Assembly: GCF_018977255.1 (NCBI RefSeq) | Contig: NW_024704742.1 | Span: forward strand, 86,058,001-86,122,000 | Reading direction: 5' to 3' | Length of the DNA stretch: 64,000 nt | DNA from: Callorhinchus milii | Lineage: Eukaryota | Shown: piece by piece, positions 26,322 to 38,637 of the stretch | How the letters are laid out: each line of letters opens with the position of its first letter | How positions within the stretch are numbered: the first letter of the stretch is position 1 | The notes under the pieces: model-generated | Seen by the model: the letters and a program-made list of their open reading frames with translations, nothing else | Told to the model about the DNA's origin: nothing | Databases searched by the model: none | Made by a program: the position numbers and the translations under genes

Positions 26322-26553
26322 TTTCTCTTAGCTCACTACTTTAATGCTAGGAATCATCATCATTGCTTTCCTTTGCCTCCAGGACATGGCAGCCCTCTTA
26401 TGTAGTGGTGACCAGAACTATACTCAGCCACTCTAGATACAGCCTGATCAGAGTATTACACAACGTAAGCTCAACTGATTTGGCATTATAGCCAGCATCC
26501 TGTTTACCTGTTTGTTGCTGTCTCATACTGATTTGTCATGGTGAGTCAACTAA
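26322..26553 (-). mobile_element. Decayed CR1 fragment, near-identical inverted copy of 36203-36434
   Basis: Direct sequence comparison; both copies share the same deletions. Confidence 0.75.
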
Positions 26554-26647
26554 TTGTTGTTGTTAAACAAGTCACTGGATTAATTTACAGGTGGTGAGTG
26601 AGTTTAACTCTCACAAGCCAACCTATCCCCACAGTTTCTGCAACACA

Positions 26648-27030
26648 TGTGGAGTCCTGAGTGTAGTGGTTAGCATGCTCACATTGCAAGTGAGAGGACC
26701 CAGGTTTGATTCCCAGGCAGTGCAAAACCTTAGGCAAGTTTCTTTAATCCACATGCCTGTTTACCTAGCAGTAAATAGGAACCCAGTTGTTAGTCGATTG
26801 GCGGATCACTTTCTAGGGTAATAATCGCTTGAAAAAAATAATAATTTGTTCACTCAATCTAGGACTGTTTGTGGTACACTGCTGTGCGCAATTGGTTGCC
26901 ACATTTCACCCACAAAATACACAGTCAATTCACTTTACAATATATACTGTGAAGCATTTTGAGATATCTCGACGACATGATAAGGCGTGATATCAAATGC
27001 AAGGATTATTTATTTATTTATTTATTTATT
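26648..27030 (+). mobile_element. tRNA-derived SINE (Ala-type head), long form, full length
   Basis: tgtggagtcctgagtgtagtggttagc...ttacctagcagtaaataggaaccc...caaatgcaaggatt(attt)n. Confidence 0.88.
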
Positions 27031-27047
27031 TAGACCATATTGGCGCT

Positions 27048-28272
27048 GTTATCCACCGTTCATCACCTCCTTAGTGCATCACTAACCTCACATCAAACAC
27101 CAAGTGCGAAGGGATCCTAGACTTCTTCGCCTCAAAAATTAAAAACATCTGCTCGGCTGCATTGTCCTCCCCCCACATGTCCCCTTTCACCCCACCCAGA
27201 CCATCCACACCGCCTTCTCCCTCCACCGCGGCTCCTGCCACTGTCCCTTCCTTACACTCCTTTGCCCCCATTTCTCCCTTCTCGCTCTTTACCACAATCA
27301 CCCAGATGAAGTTCAGCCCCTGTTGCCTTCAACCCCTCCCCACCCAGCTCCTGGTCACTCAGCTCCCCCTTTTCTCCCCCCTGCTAGCCGACACAGTCAA
27401 CCAGTCTCTCTCCTCAGGCTCTGTTCTGCTCCCCCTGAAAACTACTGTTATCACACCCCTCCTCAAAAAACCCACCCTCGATCCCTGTAATCTCTCGCAC
27501 TACAATCGCATTGTCAACCTACCTTTCCTTGCCAAAGTCCTGGAACGCATTGTTGCAGGTCAACTTCGGTCACACCTCTCCCTCCATTCCCTCCTAGACC
27601 CCAGCAGTCTGGTTTTCACCCTACCCACAGCACAGAGATAGCTCTTGTCAAAGTCACAAACGACATCCTCTCTATCTGTGACCAGGACTCCCTCTGCTTC
27701 CTTGTCCTCCTGGATCTCTCTGCTGTGTTCGACACAGTCAACCAAGCCATCCTCCTCCACCGCCTCCTCCCTTATCCATCTTAGTGGAACCACACTCACA
27801 TGGTTTAAGTCCTACTTAACCAACCGCCTCCATTTAATCTCAGCAAATGGTTTCTCCTCCCGGCCCCACCCGGTCACCTGCGGGAAACCCCAGGGCTCCA
27901 TCCTTGGCCCTCTTCTTTTCCTTATCTATATGCTCCCTCTGGGTGATGTCATCCGCTGACACAGGGTAAACTTCCACATGTATGAAGATGACACACAAAT
28001 CTACTTTGCCTCCTCCAGTACCAACTCCAGGTCCACCGTTGTTCTATCAGCTTGTCTCTGGCAGACATCAGGGCCTGGATGAGTGTAAACTTCCGGCAGC
28101 TGAATGTGGACAAGACAGAAGCCATATTCCTTGGCTCCCGTCAATGTCTTCACTCCTGTGCATCCAAACGCCTCAACCTTCCTGGGCTAACCCTCAGATT
28201 CACTGTTAAGTGCTTTGAGATGCTACTCATTGTGGAGGGTGCTATATAAGCGCAAGTTGTTGTTGTAGTTGT
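27048..28272 (+). mobile_element. L2 LINE ORF2 RT fragment with internal deletion and tail
   Basis: VITPLLKKPTLDP...[47 protein letters not shown]; jumps to the (GTT)n tail at ~28200. Confidence 0.9.
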
Positions 28273-28519
28273 ATTGAATCTAGGAGCGGTCTTCAAAAAA
28301 AATCTTAGAATATACAATTTATATTTATACAGTGCTTTTCACATGGGAAAGTTGCCTCAAACTGCTTGTCAATACTACTCCATCACTGGGAGATTTGAGG
28401 TTTTGTAGATAACTGAAGTTACACATTTCAATTCCTAGATCCTCTCATTCAGAGAGTAGGTGGCATTGAATAGTTCTGACAACACCTCCCGTGTCTAACC
28501 GCAGACGAGTTACACACTG

Positions 28520-28900
28520 TTCCTTTGTTACGGTCAGATACCCAGTTCTGTTGCATTACATCTCCTCCCTGGCATAGTAGCTTTGTAAAATGTGTGCTTG
28601 TGATGGTCTATATGCTTCTGGGCAGCCCTCACCGCCTCCTCCATTCTTTTGTTGAAGCCAACCTTCACTGTAGTTCTCATTCGTACACTCCCACTGATCC
28701 TTAGGGTTTTCATATTTTTCATGGATGAAGCCTGATCAAAGGAGATCCAAACCTCCCAGCAATGTATTAAACTATGTGGTGGTACTGTATTCATCTAGCA
28801 CAATGCAATATCCGAGTACAGTTTTGCAATCACAAGCGTATATATTCGATTCCTGCACAATTTCCATGTTGTTCTTACAATGCCAATTGCATTGAAGAAT
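28520..28900 (-). mobile_element. Possible fossil of an RLE-type (HERO/NeSL/R2-like) non-LTR retrotransposon, post-RT region
   Basis: Minus-strand peptides ...FNTLLGGLDL... then ...KTLRIS...TVKVG..MEEAVRAAQKHIDH...PGRR resemble by eye the GGLGL / TLRDS..VRTGRKW..EAV..A...L.H...GR.GLG region. Confidence 0.35.
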
Positions 28901-29564
28901 GCAAGGTTTCATATCAGGTTTGATAAAGCATTTTATTATGATTGATTCTGTTGTAAACAACAACAACATAATTACATTTGTATAGCGCCTTTCGCGTCAG
29001 GAGGATGTAAACATCATATTTTTCACCTTATTATCTCCATGAGATTCTGTCAACCATCTACGGTGCCCAATGATAAATAGGTTTGAAAATATTAGACAGG
29101 ACACGTTCCATTGCAATCCTAGTGGTCCATGAATAATTGACATTTACCAATGAGAGTCATGCACATCAATGTAAATAGCTCCAGTAGACAGTAAGCAAGT
29201 AAATGCTCATTCTTCTCGGCTATTACTGCGTGTCAGTGAGGTTCAATTCGTTCAGCTCACTTACTCCAGGTTTGAGTGGAGCAAAAAGTTTTACATTTGC
29301 CCTCACCCATGCAGAGCTACAAAAATTCAAACTAATTGGCCTCTGAGCAAAGACTAAAGAACCAAATTGGCTTTCCTCGGTTTGACTTGCAAAACATGCA
29401 ATCCATTATTTCTTAGGGGAAGCATAGAATAGGACACAAAGGGAACATTCATTGATCTCTGTGCACCAAACACCAATACTGTTTATTCAATTCCAGTGTT
29501 TATTTTGCAATTATTGAACAGTGCAACATATCCGCTTTGGTGGGTTTAAACAACACCAGCACCA

Positions 29565-29960
29565 ATAACAACATTACATTTGTATAGCATCTTTCACGTC
29601 GGGAGGACATCCAAAGGTGCTGGACAGTCAGTGTTTCGGACCCGAGCTGGGGGTAAGAATTGGGGAGGATGATTGAAAGCAAGGTCGAAGAGGAGGGTCA
29701 TTAGATGGGTCTTGAAGGAGGCAAGGAAGGGGCAAGGCGGATGGATTGAGGGTTGGAGTTCCAGAGAGTAGGGGCAGAGTGGCTGAAGGCCCACCCGCCA
29801 ATGGTGGGGCGGGTGAGGCGGGGAACATGAAGCAGGCCGGAGCCCACTGAGCGGAAGGAGCGGGCAGGTTGATAGGGGGTTGTTAGGATGCATGTATGAG
29901 GGTTTCGAGGGCCTATGGTGTGAGATAGTGGCGGAGCCGGGCGATGTTGCGGAGGTTGCT
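29565..29960 (-). mobile_element. L2 3' fragment with internal deletion
   Basis: Tail acattacatttgtatagcatctttcacgtcgggaggacatcc; same family as the 5900 and 9735 copies. Confidence 0.85.
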
Positions 29961-30019
29961 GAAGCCTCCCTAAAGCTTGAGCAACAGGCCTAATTTAGAA
30001 ATTTTTTTTAGAAAAAGAC

Positions 30020-30235
30020 TTATCCCTCCTTTGCCTCCTTCAAGGCATGTCTCAATATCCTTCTCTTCGACCGCACCTTCGACCACCCTCCTACTCTCAC
30101 TGCCCTCCACCTTCCCTGATCCCAACCTCCATCCCACCGCCCCGAAACTCTGGTCCAAATCCCTGATTGTCCAGCGTCTTGGAATGTCCTCCCGACATGA
30201 AAGTAGCTATACAAATGTAATTTTGTATATTGTAT
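30020..30235 (+). mobile_element. L2 3' end
   Basis: ttgcctccttcaagg...tcctcccgacatgaaagtagctatacaaatgtaattttg. Confidence 0.85.
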
Positions 30236-31936
30236 TTGTAAAAAAAAATGTAAAATCTGTGGATAGATTCCATGGTGATTGTAAATCTCAGCTTCTCGGA
30301 AACCTTTGTGTTGTACACAGCCTTGAATGATCTGTATCTGTACTTATCCAAATAATAATAATCCTTCCATATAATACAGCAACTTATCATCTCACCATGG
30401 CTGGCTTGCTTGTTTGGTTTTTGAATGAATCTGAGTTCCACAGGAATTTGCCAAAATGGGGATTTAAGTTTGTCGACTGGCACACGTCTTCAGATGTAAA
30501 GAAAGAAAACTGCTTACAGCACCATCACCCTTAAGCTTGAACCACCTCAAACACCACTAACACAGCAAAATCATCTTACATTTCAGTTCATATTATGTAA
30601 TCTTAGCATGGCAACTATAATTGATTATTCATGGCTGGGCTCGAGATTCATTATTTGCTCCTGACAAGGAAAATAATGAGCACAAATAAAAATACTCTGC
30701 GGTTGTCTCTGGGGACTGAGGAAAATATATCTAAAGTCTTATTTTTTCTTTTGACTTTTTTCCTTTCAATTTATCATTTATTTCATTTTGGTCTTGGGCA
30801 TTTCTGCATGAAATTACAGAGCGCTAAGTATTGAACGCGTTATCTGTTGCACAAGGGCTATGAGGCCTGGTAAATCGGACAAAGCTATAAGACTTTCCAC
30901 TACACTGGTAGCATATGTGCCGGCAGCTAAATTTCAATTTGATGTTGGTGATCGTTATTGTGTACAGTACATGCCATAGAAATCACATTGTGTCATCAAA
31001 GCCTTACTGAGACCCCCTCCTATTCAGACAGTAAATCAGAAATGCTTTGCTCCATTGACTTAATAGCTCCTTGCTCCAAAGGATACATGTAGATTGCTCT
31101 AGAACCAAACCTAAACTGATCATCGTTCAGATTTCAGTAATACCCCAGGGTATCCTGCAGTTTTCTTATTTCCGTTGTTTTCTCCCTTGCAACTAACATC
31201 ATACTTACAATAAAACTAGTGCACTTGCATTTGATATGGGGGTGTATCACATCAAAACATCTCAAAGAGCTTCATTAAAAATGTCATATTTAAATTTTCT
31301 CTTATTTTCTTCTCCGAAACCTTTTCATATTTAGAATCTGCTGCTCTGCTCCATCAAACATGCTTAATAAAAAGCCGAAATGTAACACTTATCTAATTTG
31401 TTATTAATGTGCCTATTTCTCTTCTCATTTCCTCTTTCTTGAATGGTGCTGATTAGAGCGTACAGTTTCTCCTTTCGTATTGTATCAGGTATCGCAACTC
31501 ATTTACAGCTGCTGATTGACTGATTCCCGATGAAATTCTCTGTTTTCTTACCTGGTGGGGAGGGAGATCATGTGGGAGAGGGTGAAATCCTTATCTACGA
31601 ACAGTTGTGCCATTCTCCAGAATGTCTTGGGCATTCTTGACAGTACCAGGAATTACATCAACAACAGAGATTGAAAAACGTCTCAGTGAGCTTTTTGCAA
31701 TTAGATGTTAAAGACTAACAAGGCAGTCACTCGCCAGCTAAATGGAAGCCTTTGCTCATAACTTTTATTCCTTCAGCTATCAGTAGGCGGATAATTTGGA
31801 CGAGATGACAACCCAAATCTGTTTGTCTGTTCAGGTTGATATTAAAGATCCCATGGCACTATTTGAAAACAGAGGGAAGTGCCTTTGAATATCTTGGCTG
31901 ACAATCTTCCGATTAATTTGTCAATTTGCTTCAGGA

Positions 31937-32162
31937 TTATAGAAGGGATATAGCCATTGTAGAAGGTATGTAGAGGCACTGGAGAGGGTGCAAAGGAGAT
32001 TCACAAGAATGATCCCAGAACTGAGAGGTTATATTCATCAGGAAAGGCTGAACATGCTTGGACTCTTTTCTCTTGAAAAGAGGAGGGTAAGGGGTGGCCT
32101 GATAGAGGTCTTCAAAATGATGAAAGGTTTTGATAGGGTAGACATAGGGAAGATGTTTCCAC
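31937..32162 (+). mobile_element. Tail-less internal CR1 fragment inserted in a Deu SINE
   Basis: QRRFTRMIPELRGYIHQERLNMLGLFSLEKRRVRGGLIEVFKMMKGFDRVD; highly similar to 48507-48712. Confidence 0.85.
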
Positions 32163-32889
32163 CTGCCGTGTCACACAAGCTTAACAGCAATTACACATGA
32201 AGTAGTTTGAATCATTCTGACATTATAGGTGCTAAATCAAATGCATTATCGGGGCTACAAATGTAATTTTGTTGTTGTATATTGCTGTTATAAAATTATT
32301 GGAGGATTGAAGGACTCAAAGGCAGATGAAGACTGAGATAATCTTGTGATACAATAGTCCATATGCCGATTGAGCTGGAGGATGGGTGGTGGATACCAAG
32401 ATATAATCTCATGTAGTGTTTGTCCACCAACATGTTTATATAGGAGCAACACTTAAGAAAGCTTCAGATGATTAATGAGGATGCCAACTATCCAGGGCAA
32501 CCTGTAGACTCATTAAAACTGGTTTGTACAGCAGTGGTTAGTGGTTGTTATTTGCACTCAAAGAGATTACTCATCTTTCTTGTAAGATGTCATGAAGACA
32601 TGCTAACCCATCTTAGGCTGTAAAGCCATTCTGCCTCAAAATTTAACACCAGAATAATAGCAACCAAATGGATATTCTCTGAAAAATGTGACACATTGAG
32701 GGCTCAAAATCCCCTGCCTGAAAAACAGCTGAATCTCGCTGCCAGATGTCGTTTCCGGCACCATTTTCAAATCCGTACGGATAAGTATTGGTCACTTCCT
32801 TCATTTTTCAAATCTGCCAGGGTAGAGTAAGTATAGTGTATATTCTAACTATCCATTTGCTACCTTATCCTCCCTTCTCTCCTGGTCTC

Positions 32890-35605
32890 TGGCACCTAAG
32901 CCATGACCGCCATCCCTCCTCTACTCAGACCCAAGCTGTCTCTCGTAGCCGGCAGGCTGATGCTGCCCCAATGATCACTCACTCCCGGTCTCTGCGTGCG
33001 CATTTTGGCTGCCGCCCCGACCCAAGCCGCCCCCACTGAAAATGTTCCTGCTCCCAACCCCTACATTCTGCTACTCCCACTCTGTCCTTCTCTCCCACCA
33101 CCATCTTCGCCTTCTCTCTCTCCTGGACCCCAACATTACCTCCCTCTGTTCTAGCTTGGGCATCCTCCACCAGGCACATTGTGGCTCCCGGCATTGGTTG
33201 TCCTAGAGCAGCCACCCCAACTGTCCCATCGCTCACTCTCTCCACAGCAACCGCCTCCAAAAGGCAAACATCTCTTACCCCCCCCTCATTCATACCCTCC
33301 CCAACACTACTTGCTCCTCAAAATCCATGGTATTTCTCCCCCACAACCTCAAATACTCTCTGTATCACTCTCCCCATTACTGCCACCCCCCAACTGGCAA
33401 ACCTGAGCACACTGATATTCTTGGGCTTACAGAAACCTGGCTCTCCCCCGGTGATCCCATTCCACTCACTGAAGCCTCCTCTTCTGGCTACACCTTTCAT
33501 TAACAACATCTGCACCAACCAACATGGCGGCAGGCTGGCCCTCATTTCCCAAGCTTCTCTTGGTCTATCCCCCTATTCCTCTGGCTGTTTCTCCTCCTTT
33601 GAGCACCTCAGCATGTATCATCCCTCCTTTCTCTCCCTCAAAATCCTAGTCTACCGCCCCCCAAACCTCATAGCTCCTTCCTCACCGATATCTCCTCTCA
33701 TCCCTGTCCCTCTGCACTGAACACCTGCTCATAATGGGTGATTTTAACCTCCACCTAAACTCTCCTTGCACCTCTTCCTCGGATTTCACTGCCCTCCTCT
33801 CCTCTTGAAACCTCACCCTCCACATGAACTCATCGACCCACAACCATGGCCACTCACTTGACTTTGTCGTCACACATAGCCTTGACATTTCCGACCTGTC
33901 AATCACAGACAAGGCTATCTCGGACCACTTCTGTCATCTCTCTATCCTCCCACATCCCCCTCCCCTCTTCCAAACCCGCCACCATTGTTTTCCACCCTTG
34001 GAAAAAGCTTCCCCCTGAATCCTTCACAAATGCCCTCTCTTCCTTGGACCTCCTCTCCCTCTGGCCCTCCACCTGCAGCAATCCTGATGCAGCCATCAAA
34101 CTGCTGGATGACTGTCTCTCCACAACCTTCAATTTCCTGGCTCCCCTGAAATCCAGGGCTGTTTCCCAACTCACCCGCTGCCCCGGTACGACAGTCATCT
34201 CCGCTCACTCAAAACACAAACCCGGATGCTCGAGTGCAGATGGCAGAAATCTGGCCTCACGATTCACTGCCAGCTGTGGCTTGAGCACCTTTGCACCTAC
34301 CGCCTCTCCCTTTCATAGGCCAAAATTGAAGTTTACTCCAAAGTCATCCTGGAGGCAAACAACAACCCAAAGATGCTGTTTTCCACTATCCATCACCTCC
34401 TCCGTGCACCCCCTCAACCCTCCTCTATCCTCACGTCAAATGCCAAGTATGAAGAGATCCTAGACTTCTTCACCTCAAAAATTGAAAACATCCGCTTGGC
34501 TGCATCATTCCCTGAGCCTCCCCCCACCATGTCCCCTTCCATCCCACCCAGACCATCCACACCACCTTCTCCCTCCACCACGGCTCCTGACACTCCCACC
34601 TCCTTACACTCCTTTGCCACCATTTCTCCCTCCTCACTCTCAACCACAATCACCCGGATGAAGTTCACCACCTGCTGCCTCGACCCCCTCCCCACCAGCT
34701 GCTGGTCACTCATTCCCCCTTCTCTCCCCCAATGCTGGCCGACACTGTCAACCAGTCTCTCTCCTCAGGCTCTGTTCCACTCCCCCTGAAAACCATTGTC
34801 ATCCCACCCCTCCTCAAAAAAAACACCCTCAATCCCTTTAATCTCTCACACTACAGTCCCATCGCCAACCTATCCTTCCTTGCCAAAGTGCAGGTCAACT
34901 TCGGTCATACCTCTCCCTCCACTCCCACCTCAAGCCCTTGCAGTTTGTTTTTTGCCGTGCCCACAGCACAGAGACAGCACTTGTCAAAGTCACAAACAAA
35001 ATCCTCTCTATCTGTGACCAGGGCTCTCTCTGCCTCCTTATCCTTCTGGATCTCTCTACTGCATTCGACACAGTCGACCATTCCATTCTCCTCCATCAGC
35101 TCTCCTTCCTCATCCACCTTAGTGGGACTGCACTCGCATGGTTTGTGTCCTACTTAACCAACCGCCTCCATTTCATCTCAGCAAATGCGCCCTCTGGGCA
35201 ATGTCATCCACAGACACAGAGTAAACTTCCACATGTATATGCGGATGACACACAAATCTACTTTGCCTCCTCCAGTACCAACTCCAGGTCTGCGGATGTT
35301 CTATCAGCTTGTCTGGCAGACATCAAGGCCTGGATGAGTGTAAACTTCCTGCAGCTGAATGTGGACAAGACAGAAGCCATACTCCTGGCTCCCATCAACT
35401 TCTTCACTCCTGTGAATCTAAACTCCTCAACCTCCCTGGGCTGTCCATCAAACTAACCGAACCAGTGCGCTACCTAGCTGTCCGGTTCAACCCCCAACTT
35501 TCCTTCCTCCCCCACATCCGGTCCCTGACCAGAACTGCCTTCTTCTACCTCCGCCACATTACCCGCCTCCGACTGTACCTTACCCCAAATGCAGCCGAAA
35601 CCGTC
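32890..35605 (+). mobile_element. Long L2 LINE ORF2 remnant (APE endonuclease plus RT), frameshifted and 3' truncated
   Basis: EN motifs DILGLTETWL, YRPP, LIMGDFNLHLN, THNHGHSLDFV, SDHF; RT motifs HSTETALVKVTN, LLDLSTAFDTVDH, YADDTQIY, NFLQLNVDKTEAI. Confidence 0.93.
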
Positions 35606-36194
35606 CGAATGCAATTGCTTTAGACCTGGCAGCTGTGATTGTTTTCATACCATCGCCTGTCTTTTCATGAATGGCTTTTAAAGACCCCTAGTGAAAGGAG
35701 TTTGGAATTAAACTCGCAAGTTCTCGATGGAAAAGAGTCTACGGTCATACATTACCCATGCTTTTAGCACAATAAATAATGATTTGACAATCTGACTCAG
35801 GCCCCACACTGATTTGGTATTGAAGTGGAAGCTGATGATTGAGTCAACCCTCAGTGACAGTCTTCGGAGTCTGCAATAATTCAAGGGACTGATGACAGAC
35901 CAGCCTACCTGGCTTGTCGGCAGGTCTTTGAAGAGCAGACCGGTCACTGGGGTGAGAGATTCTTCCTACTCAGCTCCTGTTAATCTGCACTCTGACGCTC
36001 TAATGGGTAAGGCGTTCTTAGTTGGACAAACTTGTTAAGTAATCCTATTAAGAAATACCGCAAATGAGATCTGAATATCTCCTCAATTTTTACATTTTTG
36101 TTTTACCATTTCTTTTCTGTCTGATGTAAGAATAAGAGGCACATGTACTCTATGGATGAGATAGAACTTGCCAAGGGGGAAGCTGAAAGAGATT

Positions 36195-37050
36195 GAGGGG
36201 TGTTAGGTGACTCACCATGACAAATCAGTATGAGGCAGCAACAAACAAGGTAAACAGGATGCTGGCTATAATGCCAAATCAGTTGCGCTTACGGTGTGTA
36301 ATACTCTGATCAGGCTGTATCTGGAGTGCCTGAGTATAGTTCTGGTCACCACTACATAAGAGGGCTGTCATGTCCTGGAGGCAAAAGAGAGCAATGACGA
36401 TGATTCTATCATTAAAGTAGTGAGCTAAGAGAAATGATTAGACAAGCTAGGGCTCTCAGAGACATCTCAGATGGAACTTACAGAGGTAAATAAGACTTTG
36501 ACTGGGATTGCAAAAATAAGCCCGAACAATGCTTTCCAATGCACTGAGACAGCAGAACAAAAGGACACAGATTTAATAATAATAATAATAATAATCCTTG
36601 CATTTGATATAGCGCTTTTCACGTCGGGAGGACGTCCCAAAGCGCTTCACAGAACACACTGTAAAGTGAATTGACTGTATATTTGTGGGCGAACGCGGCA
36701 GCTAATTGCGCACAGCAAAGTCCCACAAACAGTCGTAGATTGAAAATGACCAATTTATTATTGTTTTTGGTTTTTGGAGGGATTATTATTAGGCTCTGTG
36801 TGGAGTAAGGAAACTTGCCCAAGGCTTCGCCCTCTGCCTGGAATTGAACTCAGGTCTCTCGCTTGCAAAGCGAGTGCTCTAACCACTGAGCTACAGGACT
36901 CCACTTTTTATGGTTGCAAAAAGCAGTTCAAGACAGACAACATGAAGTATAGGAATTGGAATGGGGTATCAGAAAGGATGGGTGAGTGCCAAAATCCTGG
37001 ACTTATAACAGCTTGTTGCTATCATGGGAGCATTATAGGATAGGTATTCT
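36195..37050 (+). mobile_element. Old CR1 3' fragment hosting a young SINE
   Basis: aacaggatgctggctata...gtatagttctggtcaccactac...ggacacagattt[SINE]...agcagttcaagacagac. Confidence 0.6.
36574..36904 (-). mobile_element. Young tRNA-Ala-headed SINE, short (core-deleted) subfamily
   Basis: Minus strand gtggagtcctgtagctcagtggttagagcactcgctttgcaagcgagagacctgagttcaattccagg; CpGs retained; (ATT)n tail. Confidence 0.92.
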
Positions 37051-37144
37051 GCAAGATCAAACTGGTCAAAGGACTTTTTTCATCTGAACCTCACCCGGCA
37101 TGGAGGACTCTATATAAGTGCAAGTTGTTGTTGTTGTTGAGCTA

Positions 37145-37950
37145 TCAGCCTGGCTCAGTTGGTAGCAATCTTGCCACGGAGTCAGAAGGTTGCAGTTCAA
37201 GCCCCTCATCTCACCGTGGGTCTTTGAGCTCATAGTCTTGGCTGATACACCAATGCTGCTGGGGGAGTGGTGCATTGTTGGAGGTGCTATCTTTTGGATG
37301 AGACATTAAACCAAAGTCCACTCTATGTGTTTAATGATAATAATAAGAATAATTCTTGCATTCGGTATTGCGTCTTATCATGTTGGAAGGATGTCTCAAA
37401 GTGCTTTACAGGATTTACTGTGAAATGGATTGACTATGTATTTGTCGGCAAATGCGGCAGCCCAAGTGCATACAGCAGTGTCCCACAAACAGCCATGAAA
37501 TGAATGGCCAGTTTTATTTGGGGGATTGTTGGCCAGGACACCAGGAGAAACTCCCTCCTCTTTTCGTACAGTGCCATGGGATCATTAACATCCAGTCTGG
37601 ACAGGCAGACAAGACCTCAGTTTAACATCTCATCTGAAGGATGGCACCTCCTCACTGCCCTGGTGTGTCAGCTTAGACTTTGTGAGTTTCAGGTCCTGGT
37701 GTAGAAATCCTATGGCACTATTTGAGAAAAGAAGGATGTTTAGCCCAGTGTCCTAGCCAACAATACGCAGATAAAATTGATCTTTTATTTCATGACTGCT
37801 TGTGGAACATTTATTTGCACAAGTTGGCTACCACGTCTCTTGCAAATACAAAATCACTACACTTTAAATCACAGTAAATCCTGTGAAGTACTTTGATGGC
37901 AAACTGACGTTTTAACTACATGATAGCCTTATCAAATCCAAAGGTGGTTA
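37145..37950. mobile_element. Cluster of nested Deu SINEs (+ head 37145-37330, - copy 37337-37703, + 3' part 37703-37950)
   Basis: Deu cores occur in both orientations. Confidence 0.75.
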
Positions 37951-38067
37951 TTGTGATGTTTAAGACTATCTGTGTAATTGCAAATGTGTTCATTGGAGAC
38001 CATATTTAGGAACGTTAACATCATTCACTGGGTGAGCAACTGGCTGAGAGGTAAATGATCACAGATT

Positions 38068-38386
38068 AATAATAATAATAATCCTTGCATTTGATATAGC
38101 GTTTTTCATGTCTTCTAGACGTCCCAAAGCGCTTTTCAGAATATACTGGAAAGTGAATTGACTGTATATTTGTGGGCAAACGTGGCAGCCAATTGCGCAC
38201 AGCAGTGTGCCACAAACAGTCGTAGATTGAAGATGACCAATTTATTATTGTTTTGTTTTTTTGGAGGGATTATTATTAGGCGTGTGGAGCAAAGAAACTT
38301 GCCCAAGGTTTTGCCCTGCCTGGAATTGAACTCAGGTCTCTCGCTTGCAAAGCGAGTGCTCTAACCACTGAGCTACAGGACTCCAC
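38068..38386 (-). mobile_element. Young tRNA-Ala-headed SINE, short subfamily
   Basis: Nearly identical to 36574-36904 and 63801-64000. Confidence 0.92.
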
Positions 38387-38637
38387 AGGGAGTCAATTTT
38401 ATCTGCGTATTGTTGGCCAGGACACTGGGCTAAACATCCTTCTTTTCTCAAATAATGCCATAGGATATCTACGCCAGGACCTGAAACTCACAAGGGATGA
38501 TTTATCAGACTGAAACAATAAATGGAGACAACTGTCTTATAGAATGAAGAATGTTTAATTTTAATTTAATTGAGAATCCCTTCCTTAAATTTTAGTTTGG
38601 GACATGATTAGTACTCTTGCCTCTGCATCAGAAGGTT

